The notes beneath the pieces were generated by a model. That model saw only the letters and a list, made by a program, of their open reading frames with translations. It did no database searches and was not told the origin of the DNA. This document shows positions 42,545-54,500 of a stretch of 64,000 nucleotides of DNA, piece by piece; the stretch's first letter is position 1, and each line of letters opens with the position of its first letter. Position numbers and translations under genes: made by a program. The stretch comes from Eledone cirrhosa (lineage: Eukaryota): positions 109,492,001-109,556,000 of the forward strand of contig OZ024745.1 of assembly GCA_964016885.1 (NCBI GenBank). The letters are read 5' to 3'.

Positions 42545-45500
42545 GACAGTGGTGGTGGTGGCAGTGGTGGTGGTGACAGTGGTGGTGGTGGCTGTGGTGG
42601 TGGTGGCAGTGGTGGTGGTGACAGTGGTGGTGGTGGCTGTGGTGGTGGTGGCAGTGGTGGTGGCAGTGGTGGTGGTGGCAGTGGTGGTGGTGGCAGTGGT
42701 GGTGGTGACAGTGGTGGTGGCAGTGGTGGTGGAGACAGTGGTGGTGGCAGTGGTGGTGGTGGCAGTGGTGGTGGTGGCAGTGGTGGTGGTGTCAGTGGTG
42801 GTGGTGGCAGTGGTGGTGGTGACAGTGGTGGTGACAGTGGTGGTGACAGTGGTGGTGGCAGTGGTGGTGGTGGCAGTGGTGGTGGTGACAGTGGTGGTGG
42901 TGGCAGTGGTGGTGGTGGCAGTGGTGGTGGTGACAGTGGTGGTGGTGACAGTGGTGGTGACAGTGGTGGTGGAGACAGTGGTGGTGACAGTGGTGGTGGT
43001 GGCAGTGGTGGTGGTGACAGTGGTGGTGGTGGCAGTGGTGGTGACAGTGGTGGTGGAGACAGTGGTGGTGACAGTGGTGGTGGTGGCAGTGGTGGTGGTG
43101 ACAGTGGTGGTGGTGACAGTGGTGGTGGCAGTGGTGGTGGTGGCAGTGGTGGTGGTGACAGTGGTGGTGGTGACAGTGGTGGTGGTGGCAGTGGTGGTGG
43201 TGACTGGTGGTGGTGGCAGTGGTGGTGGTGACAGTGGTGGTGGTGGCAGTGGTGGTGGTGACGGTGGTGGTGTCAGTGGTGGTGGTGGCAGTGAAGGTGG
43301 TGACAGTGGTGGTGGAGACAGTGGTGGTGACAGTGGTGGTGGAGACAGTGGTGGTGGAGACAGTGGTGGTGGTGACAGTGGTGGTGGAGACAGTGGTGGT
43401 GACAGTGGTGGTGGAGACAGTGGTGGTGGAGACAGTGGTGGTGGTGACAGTGGTGGTGGTGACAGTGGTGGTGGTGACAGTGGTGGTGGTGACAGTGGTG
43501 GTGATGACAGTGGTGGTGGTGGCAGTGGTGGTGGTGACAGTGGTGGTGGTGGCAGTGGTGGTGGTGACAGTGGTGGTGGTGACAGTGGTGGTGGTGACAG
43601 TGGTGGTGGTGACAGTGGTGGTGGTGACAGTGGTGGTGGTGACAGTGGTGGTGACAGTGGTGGTGGTGGCAGTGGTGGTGGTGGCAGTGGTGGTGGTGAC
43701 AGTGGTGGTGGTGACAGTGGTGGTGACAGTGGTGGTGGTGACAGTGGTGGTGAAAGTGGTGGTGGTGGTGGCAGTGGTGGTGGTGACAGTGGTGGTGGTG
43801 GTGGTGGTGGTGGCAGTGGTGGTGGTGACAGTGGTGGTGGTGACAGTGGTGGTGGTGACAGTGGTGGTGACAGTGGTGGTGGTGGCAGTGGTGGTGGTGG
43901 CAGTGAAGGTGGTGACAGTGGTGGTGGTGACAGTGGTGGTGACAGTGGTGGTGGTGACAGTGGTGGTGGTGACAGTGGTGGTGACAGTGGTGGTGGTGGC
44001 TGTGGTGGTGGTGACAGTGGTGGTGGAGACAGTGGTGGTGACAGTGGTGGTGGAGACAGTGGTGGTGGAGACAGTGGTGGTGGTGACAGTGGTGGTGGTG
44101 ACAGTGAAGGTGGTGGCAGTGGTGGTGGTGACAGTGGTGGTGGTGACAGTGGTGGTAGTGACAGTGGTGGTGGTGGCAGTGGTGGTGGTGGCAGTGGTGG
44201 TGGTGGCAGTGGTGGTGGTGGCAGTGGTGGTGGTGACAGTGGTGGTGGTGACAGTGAAGGTGGTGACAGTGGTGGTGGTGACAGTGAAGGTGGTGACAGT
44301 GGTGGTGGTGACAGTGGTGGTGGTGACAGTGGTGGTGGTGGTGGCAGTGGTGGTGGTGACAGTGGTGGTGGTGACAGTGGTGGTGGTGACAGTGAAGGTG
44401 GTGGCAGTGGTGGTGGTGACAGTGGTGGTGGTGACAGTGGTGGTGGTGACAGTGAAGGTGGTGGCAGTGGTGGTGGTGACAGTGGTGGTGGTGACAGTGG
44501 TGGTGGTGACAGTGAAGGTGGTGGCAGTGGTGGTGGTGACAGTGGTGGTGGTGACAGTGGTGGTGGTGACAGTGAAGGTGGTGACAGTGGTGGTGGTGAC
44601 AGTGGTGGTGGTGACAGTGGTGGTGGTGGCAGTGGTGGTGGTGACAGTGGTGGTGGTGACAGTGGTGGTGGTGACAGTGGTGGTGGTGGCAGTGGTGGTG
44701 GTGACAGTGGTGGTGGTGGCAGTGGTGGTGGTGGCAGTGGTGGTGGTGACAGTGGTGGTGGTGACAGTGAAGGTGGTGACAGTGGTGGTGGAGACAGTGG
44801 TGGTGGTGGCAGTGGTGGTGGTGACAGTGGTGGTGGTGACAGTGAAGGTGGTGACAGTGGTGGTGGTGACAGTGGTGGTGGTGACAGTGGTGGTGGTGAC
44901 AGTGGTGGTGGTGACAGTGAAGGTGGTGACAGTGGTGGTGGTGGCAGTGGTGGTGGTGACAGTGGTGGTGGTGACAGTGGTGGTGGTGACAGTGGTGGTG
45001 GTGACAGTGAAGGGGGTGACAGTGGTGGAGGTGACAGTGGTGGTGGTGACAGTGGTGGTGGCAGTGGTGGTGGTGGCAGTGGTGGTGGTGGCAGTGGTGG
45101 TGGTGACAGTGGTGGTGGTGACAGTGGTGGTGGTGGCAGTGTTGGTGGTGGTGACAGTGGTGGTGGTGACAGTGAAGGTGGTGACAGTGGTGGTGGTGAC
45201 AGTGGTGGTGACAGTGGTGGTGGAGACAGTGGTGGTGACAGTGGTGGTGGAGACAGTGGTGGTGGTGACAATGGTGGTGGTGACAGTGGTGGTGGTGACA
45301 GTGAAGGGGGTGACAGTGGTGGAGGTGACAGTGGTGGTGGTGACAGTGGTGGTGGTGGAAGTGGTGGTGGTGGCAGTGGTGGTGGTGACAGTGGTGGTGG
45401 TGACAGTGGTGGTGGTGACAGTGAAGGTGGTGACAGTGGTGGTGGTGGCAGTGGTGGTGGTGGCAGTGGTGGTGGTGGCAGTGGTGGTGGTGACAGTGGT

Positions 45501-48500
45501 GGTGGTGACAGTGGTGGTGACAGTGGTGGTGGTGGCAGTGGTGGTGGTGGCTGTGGTGGTGACAGTGGTGGTGGTGGCAGTGGTGGTGACAGTGGTGGTG
45601 GTGGCAGTGGTGGTGGTGGCTGTGGTGGTGACAGTGGTGGTGGAGACAGTGGTGGTGACAGTGGTGGTGGAGACAGTGGTGGTGACAGTGGTGGTGGTGG
45701 CAGTGGTGGTGGTGACAGTGGTGGTGGCAGTGGTGGTGGTGGCAGTGGTGGTGGTGACAGTGGTGGTGACAGTGGTGGTGGCTGTGGTGGTGGTGGTGAC
45801 AGTGGTGGTGGTGACAGTGGTGGTGGTGACAGTGAAGGTGGTGACAGTGGTGGTGGTGGTGGTGACAGTGGTGGTGGTGGCAGTGGTGGTGACAGTGGTG
45901 GTGGTGGCAGTGGTGGTGGTGGCTGTGGTGGTGACAGTGGTGGTGGTGGCAGTGGTGGTGGTGGCTGTGGTGGTGACAGTGGTGGTGGAGACAGTGGTGG
46001 TGACAGTGGTGGTGGTGGTGGTGACAGTGGTGGTGGTGGCAGTGGTGGTGACAGTGGTGGTGGTGGCAGTGGTGGTGGTGGCTGTGGTGGTGACAGTGGT
46101 GGTGGAGACAGTGGTGGTGACAGTGGTGGTGGTGGTGGTGACAGTGGTGGTGGTGGCAGTGGTGGTGGTGGCTGTGGTGGTGACAGTGGTGGTGGAGACA
46201 GTGGTGGTGACAGTGGTGGTGGTGACAGTGGTGGTGGTGGCAGTGGTGGTGGTGGCAGTGGTGGTGACAGTGGTGGTGGTGGCAGTGGTGGTGGTGGCTG
46301 TGGTGGTGACAGTGGTGGTGGAGACAGTGAAGGTGGTGACAGTGGTGGTGGTGACAGTGATGGTGGTGGCAGTGGTGGTGGTGACAGTGGTGGTGGTGGC
46401 AGTGGTGGTGGTGGCAGTGGTGGTGACAGTGGTGGTGGTGGCAGTGGTGGTGGTGGCTGTGGTGGTGACAGTGGTGGTGGAGACAGTGGTGGTGGTGGCT
46501 GTGGTGGTGACAGTGGTGGTGGTGGCAGTGGTGGTGGTGGCAGTGGTGGTGACAGTGGTGGTGGTGGCAGTGGTGGTGGTGGTGGCAGTGGTGGTGGTGA
46601 CAGTGGTGGTGGTGACAGTGGTGGTGGCAGTGGTGGTGACAGTGGTGGTGGTGACAGTGAAGGTGGTGACAGTGGTGGTGGTGACAGTGGTGGTGGTGAC
46701 AGTGGTGGTGGTGACAGTGGTGGAGACAGTGGTCGTGGTGGCAGTGGTGGTGGTGGCTGTGGTGGTGACAGTGGTGGTGGAGACAGTGGTGGTGACAGTG
46801 GTGGTGGTGGTGGCAGTGGTGGTGGTGACAGTGGTGGTGGTGGTGACAGTGGTGGTGGTGACAGTGGTGGTGGTGGCTGTGGTGGTGACAGTGGTGGTGG
46901 TGACAGTGAAGGTGGTGACAGTGGTGGTGGTGACAGTGGTGGTGGTGGCAGTGGTGGTGGTGGCAGTGGTGGTGACAGTGGTGGTGGTGACAGTGGTGGT
47001 GGTGGCAGTGGTGGTGACAGTGGTGGTGGTGGCAGTGGTGGTGGTGGCTGTGGTGGTGGTGGCTGTGGTGGTGACAGTGGTGGTGGTGACAGTGAAGGTG
47101 GTGACAGTGGTGGTGGTGACAGTGGTGGTGGTGGCAGTGGTGGTGGTGGCAGTGGTGGTGACAGTGGTGGTGGTGACAGTGGTGGTGGTGGCAGTGGTGG
47201 TGACAGTGGTGGTGGTGGCAGTGGTGGTGGTGGCTGTGGTGGTGACAGTGGTGGTGGTGACAGTGAAGGTGGTGACAGTGGTGGTGGTGACAGTGGTGGT
47301 GGTGGCAGTGGTGGTGGTGACAGTGGTGGTGGTGACAGTGGTGGAGACAGTGGTCGTGGTGGCAGTGGTGGTGGTGGCTGTGGTGGTGACAGTGGTGGTG
47401 GAGACAGTGGTGGTGACAGTGGTGGTGGTGGTGGCAGTGGTGGTGGTGACAGTGGTGGTGGTGGTGACAGTGGTGGTGGTGACAGTGGTGGTGGTGGCTG
47501 TGGTGGTGACAGTGGTGGTGGTGGCAGTGGTGGTGGTGATGACAGTGGTGGTGGTGACAGTGGTGGTGGTGACAGTGGTGGTGGTGGCAGTGGTGGTGGT
47601 GACAGTGAAGGTGGTGACAGTGAAGGTGGTGACAGTGGTGGTAGCAGTGGTGGTGACAGTGGTGGTGGAGACAGTGGTGGTGACAGTGGTGGTGGAGACA
47701 GTGGTGGTGACAGTGGTGGTGGTGGCAGTGGTGGTGACAGTGGTGGTGGTGACAGTGGTGGTGACAGTGGTGGTGGTGACAGTGGTGGTGGTGACAGTGG
47801 TGGTGGTGACAGTGAAGGTGGTGGCAGTGGTGGTGGTGGCAGTGGTGGTGGTGACAGTGGTGGTGGTGGCAGTGGTGATGGTGACAGTTGTGGTGGTGGC
47901 AGTGGTGGTGGCAGTGAAGGTGGTGGCAGTGGTGGTGGTGGCAGTGGTGGTGGTGGCAGTGGTGGTGACAGTGGTGGTGGTGGTGGTGACAGTGGTGGTG
48001 GTGACAGTGGTGGTGGTGGCTGTGGTGGTGACAGTGGTGGTGGAGACAGTGGTGGTGACAGTGGTGGTGGAGACAGTGGTGGTGACAGTGGTGGTGGTGA
48101 CAGTGGTGGTGGTGGCAGTGGTGGTGGTGGCAGTGAAGGTGGTGACAGTGAAGGTGGTGACAGTGGTGGTGGTGGGAGTGGTGGTGGTGACAGTGGTGGT
48201 GGTGGCAGTGGTGGTGGTGACAGTGAAGGTGGTGGCAGTGGTGGTGGTGACAGTGAAGGTGGTGGCAGTGGTGGTGGTGACAGTGGTTGTGGTGGCAGTG
48301 GTGGTTGTGGCAGTGGTGGTGGTGACAGTGGTGGTGGTGACAGTGAAGGTGGTGGCAGTGGTGGTGGTGACAGTGGTGGTGGTGGCAGTGGTGGTGGTGA
48401 CAGTGGTGGTGGCGGCAGTGGTGGTGGTGACAGTGAAGGTGGTGGCAGTGGTGGTGGTGACAGTGGTGGTGGTGGCAGTGAAGGTGGTGACAGTGGTGGT

Positions 48501-51500
48501 GGTGGCAGTGGTGGTGGTGGCAGTGGTGGTGGTGACAGTGAAGGTGGTGGCAGTGGTGGTGGTGACAGTGGTGGTGGTGACAGTGGTGGTGGTGACAGTG
48601 GTGGTGGTGACAGTGGTGGTGGTGACAGTGGTGGTGACAATGGTGGTGGTGGCAGTGAAGGTGGTGACAGTGGTGGTGGTGGCAGTGGTGGTGGTGGCAG
48701 TGGTGGTGGTGACAGTGGTGGTGGTGGCAGTGGTGGTGGTGACAGTGGTGGTGGTGACAGTGGTGGTGGTGACAGTGGTGGTGGTGACAGTGGTGGAGAC
48801 AGTGGTGGTGGTGGCAGTGGTGGTGGTGACAGTGGTGGTGGTGGCAGTGGTGGTGGTGACAGTGGTGGTGGTGACAGTGGTGGTGGTGGCAGTGGTGGTG
48901 GTGACAGTGGTCGTGGTGGCAGTGGTGGTGGTGACAGTGGTGGTGTTGACAGTGGTGGTGGTGACAGTGTTGATGGTGACAGTGGTGGTGGTGACAGTGG
49001 TGGTGGTGGCAGTGGTGGTGGTGGCAGTGGTGGTGGTGACAGTGGTGGTGGTGGTGACAGTGGTGGTGGTGACAGTGGTGGTGGTGACAGTGAAGGTGGT
49101 GACAGTGGTGGTGGTGGCAGTGGTGGTGGTGGCAGTGGTGGTGGTGGCAGTGGTGGTGGTGACAGTGGTGGTGGTGACAGTGGTGGTGACAGTGGTGGTG
49201 GTGGCAGTGGTGGTGGTGGCTGTGGTGGTGACAGTGTTGGTGGTGGCAGTGGTGGTGGTGGCTGTGGTGGTGACAGTGGTGGTGGAGACAGTGGTGGTGA
49301 CAGTGGTGGTGGAGACAGTGGTGGTGACAGTGGTGGTGGTGGCAGTGGTGGTGGTGACAGTGGTGGTGGCAGTGGTGGTGGTGGCAGTGGTGGTGGTGAC
49401 AGTGGTGGTGACAGTGGTGGTGGCTGTGGTGGTGGTGACAGTGGTGGTGGTGACAGTGGTGGTGGTGACAGTGAAGGTGGTGACAGTGGTGGTGGTGGTG
49501 GTGACAGTGGTGGTGGTGGCAGTGGTGGTGACAGTGGTGGTGGTGGCAGTGGTGGTGGTGGCTGTGGTGGTGACAGTGGTGGTGGTGGCAGTGGTGGTGG
49601 TGGCTGTGGTGGTGACAGTGGTGGTGGAGACAGTGGTGGTGACAGTGGTGGTGGTGGTGGTGACAGTGGTGGTGGTGGCAGTGGTGGTGACAATGGTGGT
49701 GGTGGCAGTGGTGGTGGTGGCTGTGGTGGTGACAGTGGTGGTGGAGACAGTGGTGGTGACAGTGGTGGTGGTGGTGGTGACAGTGGTGGTGGTGGCAGTG
49801 GTGGTGGTGGCTGTGGTGGTGACAGTGGTGGTGGAGACAGTGGTGGTGACAGTGGTGGTGGTGACAGTGGTGGTGGTGGCAGTGGTGGTGGTGGCAGTGG
49901 TGGTGACAGTGGTGGTGGTGGCAGTGGTGGTGGTGGCTGTGGTGGTGACAGTGGTGGTGGAGACAGTGAAGGTGGTGACAGTGGTGGTGGTGACAGTGAT
50001 GGTGGTGGCAGTGGTGGTGGTGACAGTGGTGGTGGTGGCAGTGGTGGTGGTGGCAGTGGTGGTGACAGTGGTGGTGGTGGCAGTGGTGGTGGTGGCTGTG
50101 GTGGTGACAGTGGTGGTGGAGACAGTGGTGGTGGTGGCTGTGGTGGTGACAGTGGTGGTGGTGGCAGTGGTGGTGACAGTGGTGGTGGTGGCAGTGGTGG
50201 TGGTGGCTGTGGTGGTGACAGTGGTGGTGGAGACAGTGGTGGTGACAGTGGTGGTGGTGACAGTGGTGGTGGTGGCAGTGGTGGTGGTGGCTGTGGTGGT
50301 GACAGTGGTGGTGGAGACAGTGGTGGTGACAGTGGTGGTGGTGGTGGCAGTGGTGGTGGTGACAGTGGTGGTGGTGGTGGTGGTGGCAGTGGTGGTGACA
50401 GTGGTGGTGGTGGCAGTGGTGGTGACAGTGGTGGTGGTGGTGGCAGTGGTGGTGGTGACAGTGGTGGTGGTGGTGGTGGTGGTGGCAGTGGTGGTGGAGA
50501 CAGTGGTGGTGACAGTGGTGGTGGTGGTGGCAGTGGTGGTGGTGACAGTGGTGGTGGTGGTGGTGGCAGTGGTGGTGACAGTGGTGGTGGTGGCTGTGGT
50601 GGTGACAGTGGTGGTGGTGGCAGTGGTGGTGGTGGCTGTGGTGGTGACAGTGGTGGTGGAGACAGTGGTGGTGACAGTGGTGGTGGAGACAGTGGTGGTG
50701 ACAGTGGTGGTGGTGGCAGTGGTGGTGGTGACAGTGGTGGTGGAGACAGTGGTGGTGACAGTGGTGGTGGTGGTGGCAGTGGTGGTGGTGACAGTGGTGG
50801 TGGTGACAGTGGTGGTGGCAGTGGTGGTGACAGTGGTGGTGGTGACAGTGAAGGTGGTGACAGTGGTGGTGGTGACAGTGGTGGTGGTGACAGTGGTGGT
50901 GGTGGCAGTGGTGGTGACAGTGGTGGTGGTGGCAGTGGTGGTGGTGACAGTGGTGGTGGAGACAGTGGTGGTGACAGTGGTGGTGGTGGTGGCAGTGGTG
51001 GTGGTGACAGTGGTGGTGGTGACAGTGGTGGTGGCAGTGGTGGTGACAGTGGTGGTGGTGACAGTGAAGGTGGTGACAGTGGTGGTGGTGACAGTGGTGG
51101 TGGTGACAGTGGTGGTGACAGTGGTGGTGGTGGCAGTGGTGGTGGTGGCTGTGGTGGTGACAGTGGTGGTGGTGACAGTGAAGGTGGTGACAGTGGTGGT
51201 GGTGACAGTGGTGGTGGTGGCAGTGGTGGTGGTGGCAGTGGTGGTGACAGTGGTGGTGGTGACAGTGGTGGTGGTGGCAGTGGTGGTGACAGTGGTGGTG
51301 GTGGCAGTGGTGGTGGTGGCTGTGGTGGTGACAGTGGTGGTGGTGACAGTGAAGGTGGTGACAGTGGTGGTGGTGACAGTGGTGGTGGTGGCAGTGGTGG
51401 TGGTGACAGTGGTGGTGGTGACAGTGGTGGAGACAGTGGTCGTGGTGGCAGTGGTGGTGGTGGCTGTGGTGGTGACAGTGGTGGTGGTGGTGGCAGTGGT

Positions 51501-54500
51501 GGTGGTGACAGTGGTGGTGGTGGTGACAGTGGTGGTGGTGACAGTGGTGGTGGTGGCTGTGGTGGTGACAGTGGTGGTGGTGGCAGTGGTGGTGGTGATG
51601 ACAGTGGTGGTGGTGACAGTGGTGGTGGTGACAGTGGTGGTGGTGGCAGTGGTGGTGGTGACAGTGGTGGTAGCAGTGGTGGTGACAGTGGTGGTGGAGA
51701 CAGTGGTGGTGACAGTGGTGGTGGAGACAGTGGTGGTGACAGTGGTGGTGGTGGCAGTGGTGGTGGTGGCAGTGGTGGTGGTGGCAGTGGTGGTGGTGAC
51801 AGTGGTGGTGGTGGCAGTGGTGGTGGCAGTGGTGGTGGTGACAGTGGTGGTGGTGGCAGTGTTGGTGGTGACAGTGAAGGTGGTGAGAGTGGTGGTGGTG
51901 GCAGTGGTGGTGGTGACAGTGGTGGTGGTGGCAGTGGTGGTGGTGACAGTGGTGGTGGTGGCAGTGGTGGTGGCAGTGGTGGTGGTGACAGTGGTGGTGG
52001 TGGCAGTGGTGGTGGTGACAGTGGTGGTGGTGGCAGTGGTGGTGGTGACAGTGAAGGTAGTGAGAGTGGTGGTGGTGGCAGTGGTGGTGGTGACAGTGGT
52101 GGTGGTGGCAGTGGTGGTGGTGGCAGTGGTGGTGGTGACAGTGAAGGTGGTGGCAGTGGTGGTGGTGACAGTGGTGGTGGTGGCAGTGGTGGTGGTGGCA
52201 GTGGTGGTGGTGGCAGTGGTGGTGGTGACAGTGAAGGTGGTGGCAGTGGTGGTGGTGACAGTGGTGGTGGTGACAGTGGTGGTGGTGACAGTGGTGGTGG
52301 TGACAGTGGTGGTGACAATGGTGGTGGTGGCAGTGAAGGTGGTGACAGTGGTGGTGGTGACAGTGGTGGTGGTGACAGTGGTGGTGGTGGCAGTGGTGGT
52401 GGTGACAGTGAAGGTGGTGGCAGTGGTGGTGGTGACAGTGAAGGTGGTGGCAGTGGTGGTGGTGACAGTGGTGGTGGTGACAGTGGTGGTGGTGACAGTG
52501 GTGGTGGTGACAGTGGTGGTGGTGGCAGTGGTGGTTGTGGCAGTGGTGGTGGTGACAGTGGTGGTGGTGACAGTGAAGGTGGTGGCAGTGGTGGTGGTGA
52601 CAGTGGTGGTGGTGGCAGTGAAGGTGGTGACAGTGGTGGTGGTGGCAGTGGTGGTGGTGGCAGTGGTGGTGGTGGCAGTGGTGGTGGTGGCAGTGGTGGT
52701 GGTGACAGTGAAGGTGGTGACAGTGGTGGTGGTGGCAGTGGTGGTGGTGACAGTGGTGGTGGTGACAGTGGTGGTGGTGGCAGTGGTGGTGGTGACAGTG
52801 GTGGTGACAGTGGTGGTGGTGACAGTGGTGGTGGTGGCAGTGGTGGTGGTGACAGTGGTGGTGGCAGCAGTGGTGGTGGTGACAGTGGTGGTGGTGACAG
52901 TGGTGGTGGTGACAGTGGTGGTGGTGACAGTGGTGGTGGTGGCAGTGGTGGTGGTGACAGTGGTGGTGGTGACAGTGGTGGTGGTGGCAGTGGTGGTGGT
53001 GACAGTGGTGGTGGTGGCAGTGGTGGTGGTGACAGTGGTGGTGGCAGCAGTGGTGGTGGTGACAGTGGTGGTGGTGACAGTGGTGGTGGTGACAGTGGTG
53101 GTGGTGACAGTGGTGGTGGTGGCAGTGGTGGTGGTGACAGTGGTGGTGACAGTGGTGGTGGTGACAGTGAAGGTGGTGACAGTGGTGGTGACAGTGGTGG
53201 TGGTGACAGTGGTGGTGACAGTGGTGGTGGAGACAGTGGTGGTGACAGTGGTGGTGGAGACAGTGGTGGTGACAGTGGTGGTGGAGACAGTGGTGGTGAC
53301 AGTGGTGGTGGTGGCAGTGGTGGTGGTGACAGTGGTGGTGGTGACAGTGGTGGTGGTGACAGTGAAGGTGGTGGCAGTGGTGGTGGTGACAGTGATGGTG
53401 GTGGCAGTGGTGGTGGTGACAGTGGTGGTGGTGGCAGTGGTGGTGGTGACAGTGGTGGTGGTGGCAGTGGTCGTGGTGACAGTGGTGGTGGTGACAGTGG
53501 TGGTGGTGGCAGTGAAGGTGGTGACAGTGGTGGTGGTGGCAGTGGTGGTGGTGACAGTGGTGGTGGTGACAGTGAAGGTGGTGGCAGTGGTGGTGGTGAC
53601 AGTGAAGGTGGTGGCAGTGGTGGTGGTGACAGTGGTGGTGGTGACAGTGGTGGTGGTGACAGTGGTGGTGGTGGCAGTGGTGGTGGTGACAGTGGTGGTG
53701 GTGACAGTGAAGGTGGTGGCAGTGGTGGTGGTGACAGTGAAGGTGGTGGCAGTGGTGGTGGTGACAGTGGTGGTGGTGGCAGTGGTGGTTGTGGCAGTGG
53801 TGGTGGTGACAGTGGTGGTGGTGACAGTGAAGGTGGTGGCAGTGGTGGTGGTGACAGTGGTGGTGGTGACAGTGGTGGTGGTGACAGTGGTGGTGGTGGC
53901 AGTGGTGGTGGTGACAGTGGTGGTGGCGGCAGTGTTGGTGGTGGCAGTGGTGGTGGTGACAGTGGTGGTGGTGACAGTGGTGGTGGTGGCAGTGGTGGTG
54001 GTGACAGTGGTGGTGGTGACAGTGGTGGTGGTGACAGTGGTGGTGGTGGCAATGGTGGTGGTGACAGTGAAGGTGGTGGCAGTGGTGGTGGTGACAGTGA
54101 AGGTGGTGGCAGTGGTGGTGGTGACAGTGGTGGTGGTGGCAGTGGTGGTTGTGGCAGTGGTGGTGGTGACAGTGGTGGTGGTGACAGTGAAGGTGGTGGC
54201 AGTGGTGGTGGTGACAGTGGTGGTGGTGGCAGTGGTGGTGGTGGCAGTGGTGGTGGTGGCAGTGGTGGTGGCAGTGGTGGTGGTGGCAGTGGTGGTGGTG
54301 GCAGTGGTGGTGGTGGCAGTGGTGGTTGTGGCAGTGGTGGTGGCAGTGGTGGTGGTGACAGTGGTGGTGGTGGCAGTGGTGGTGGTGGCAATGGTGGTGG
54401 TGACAGTGAAGGTGGTGGCAGTGGTGGTGGTGACAGTGAAGGTGGTGGCAGTGGTGGTGGTGACAGTGGTGGTGGTGGCAGTGGTGGTGGTGGCAGTGGT

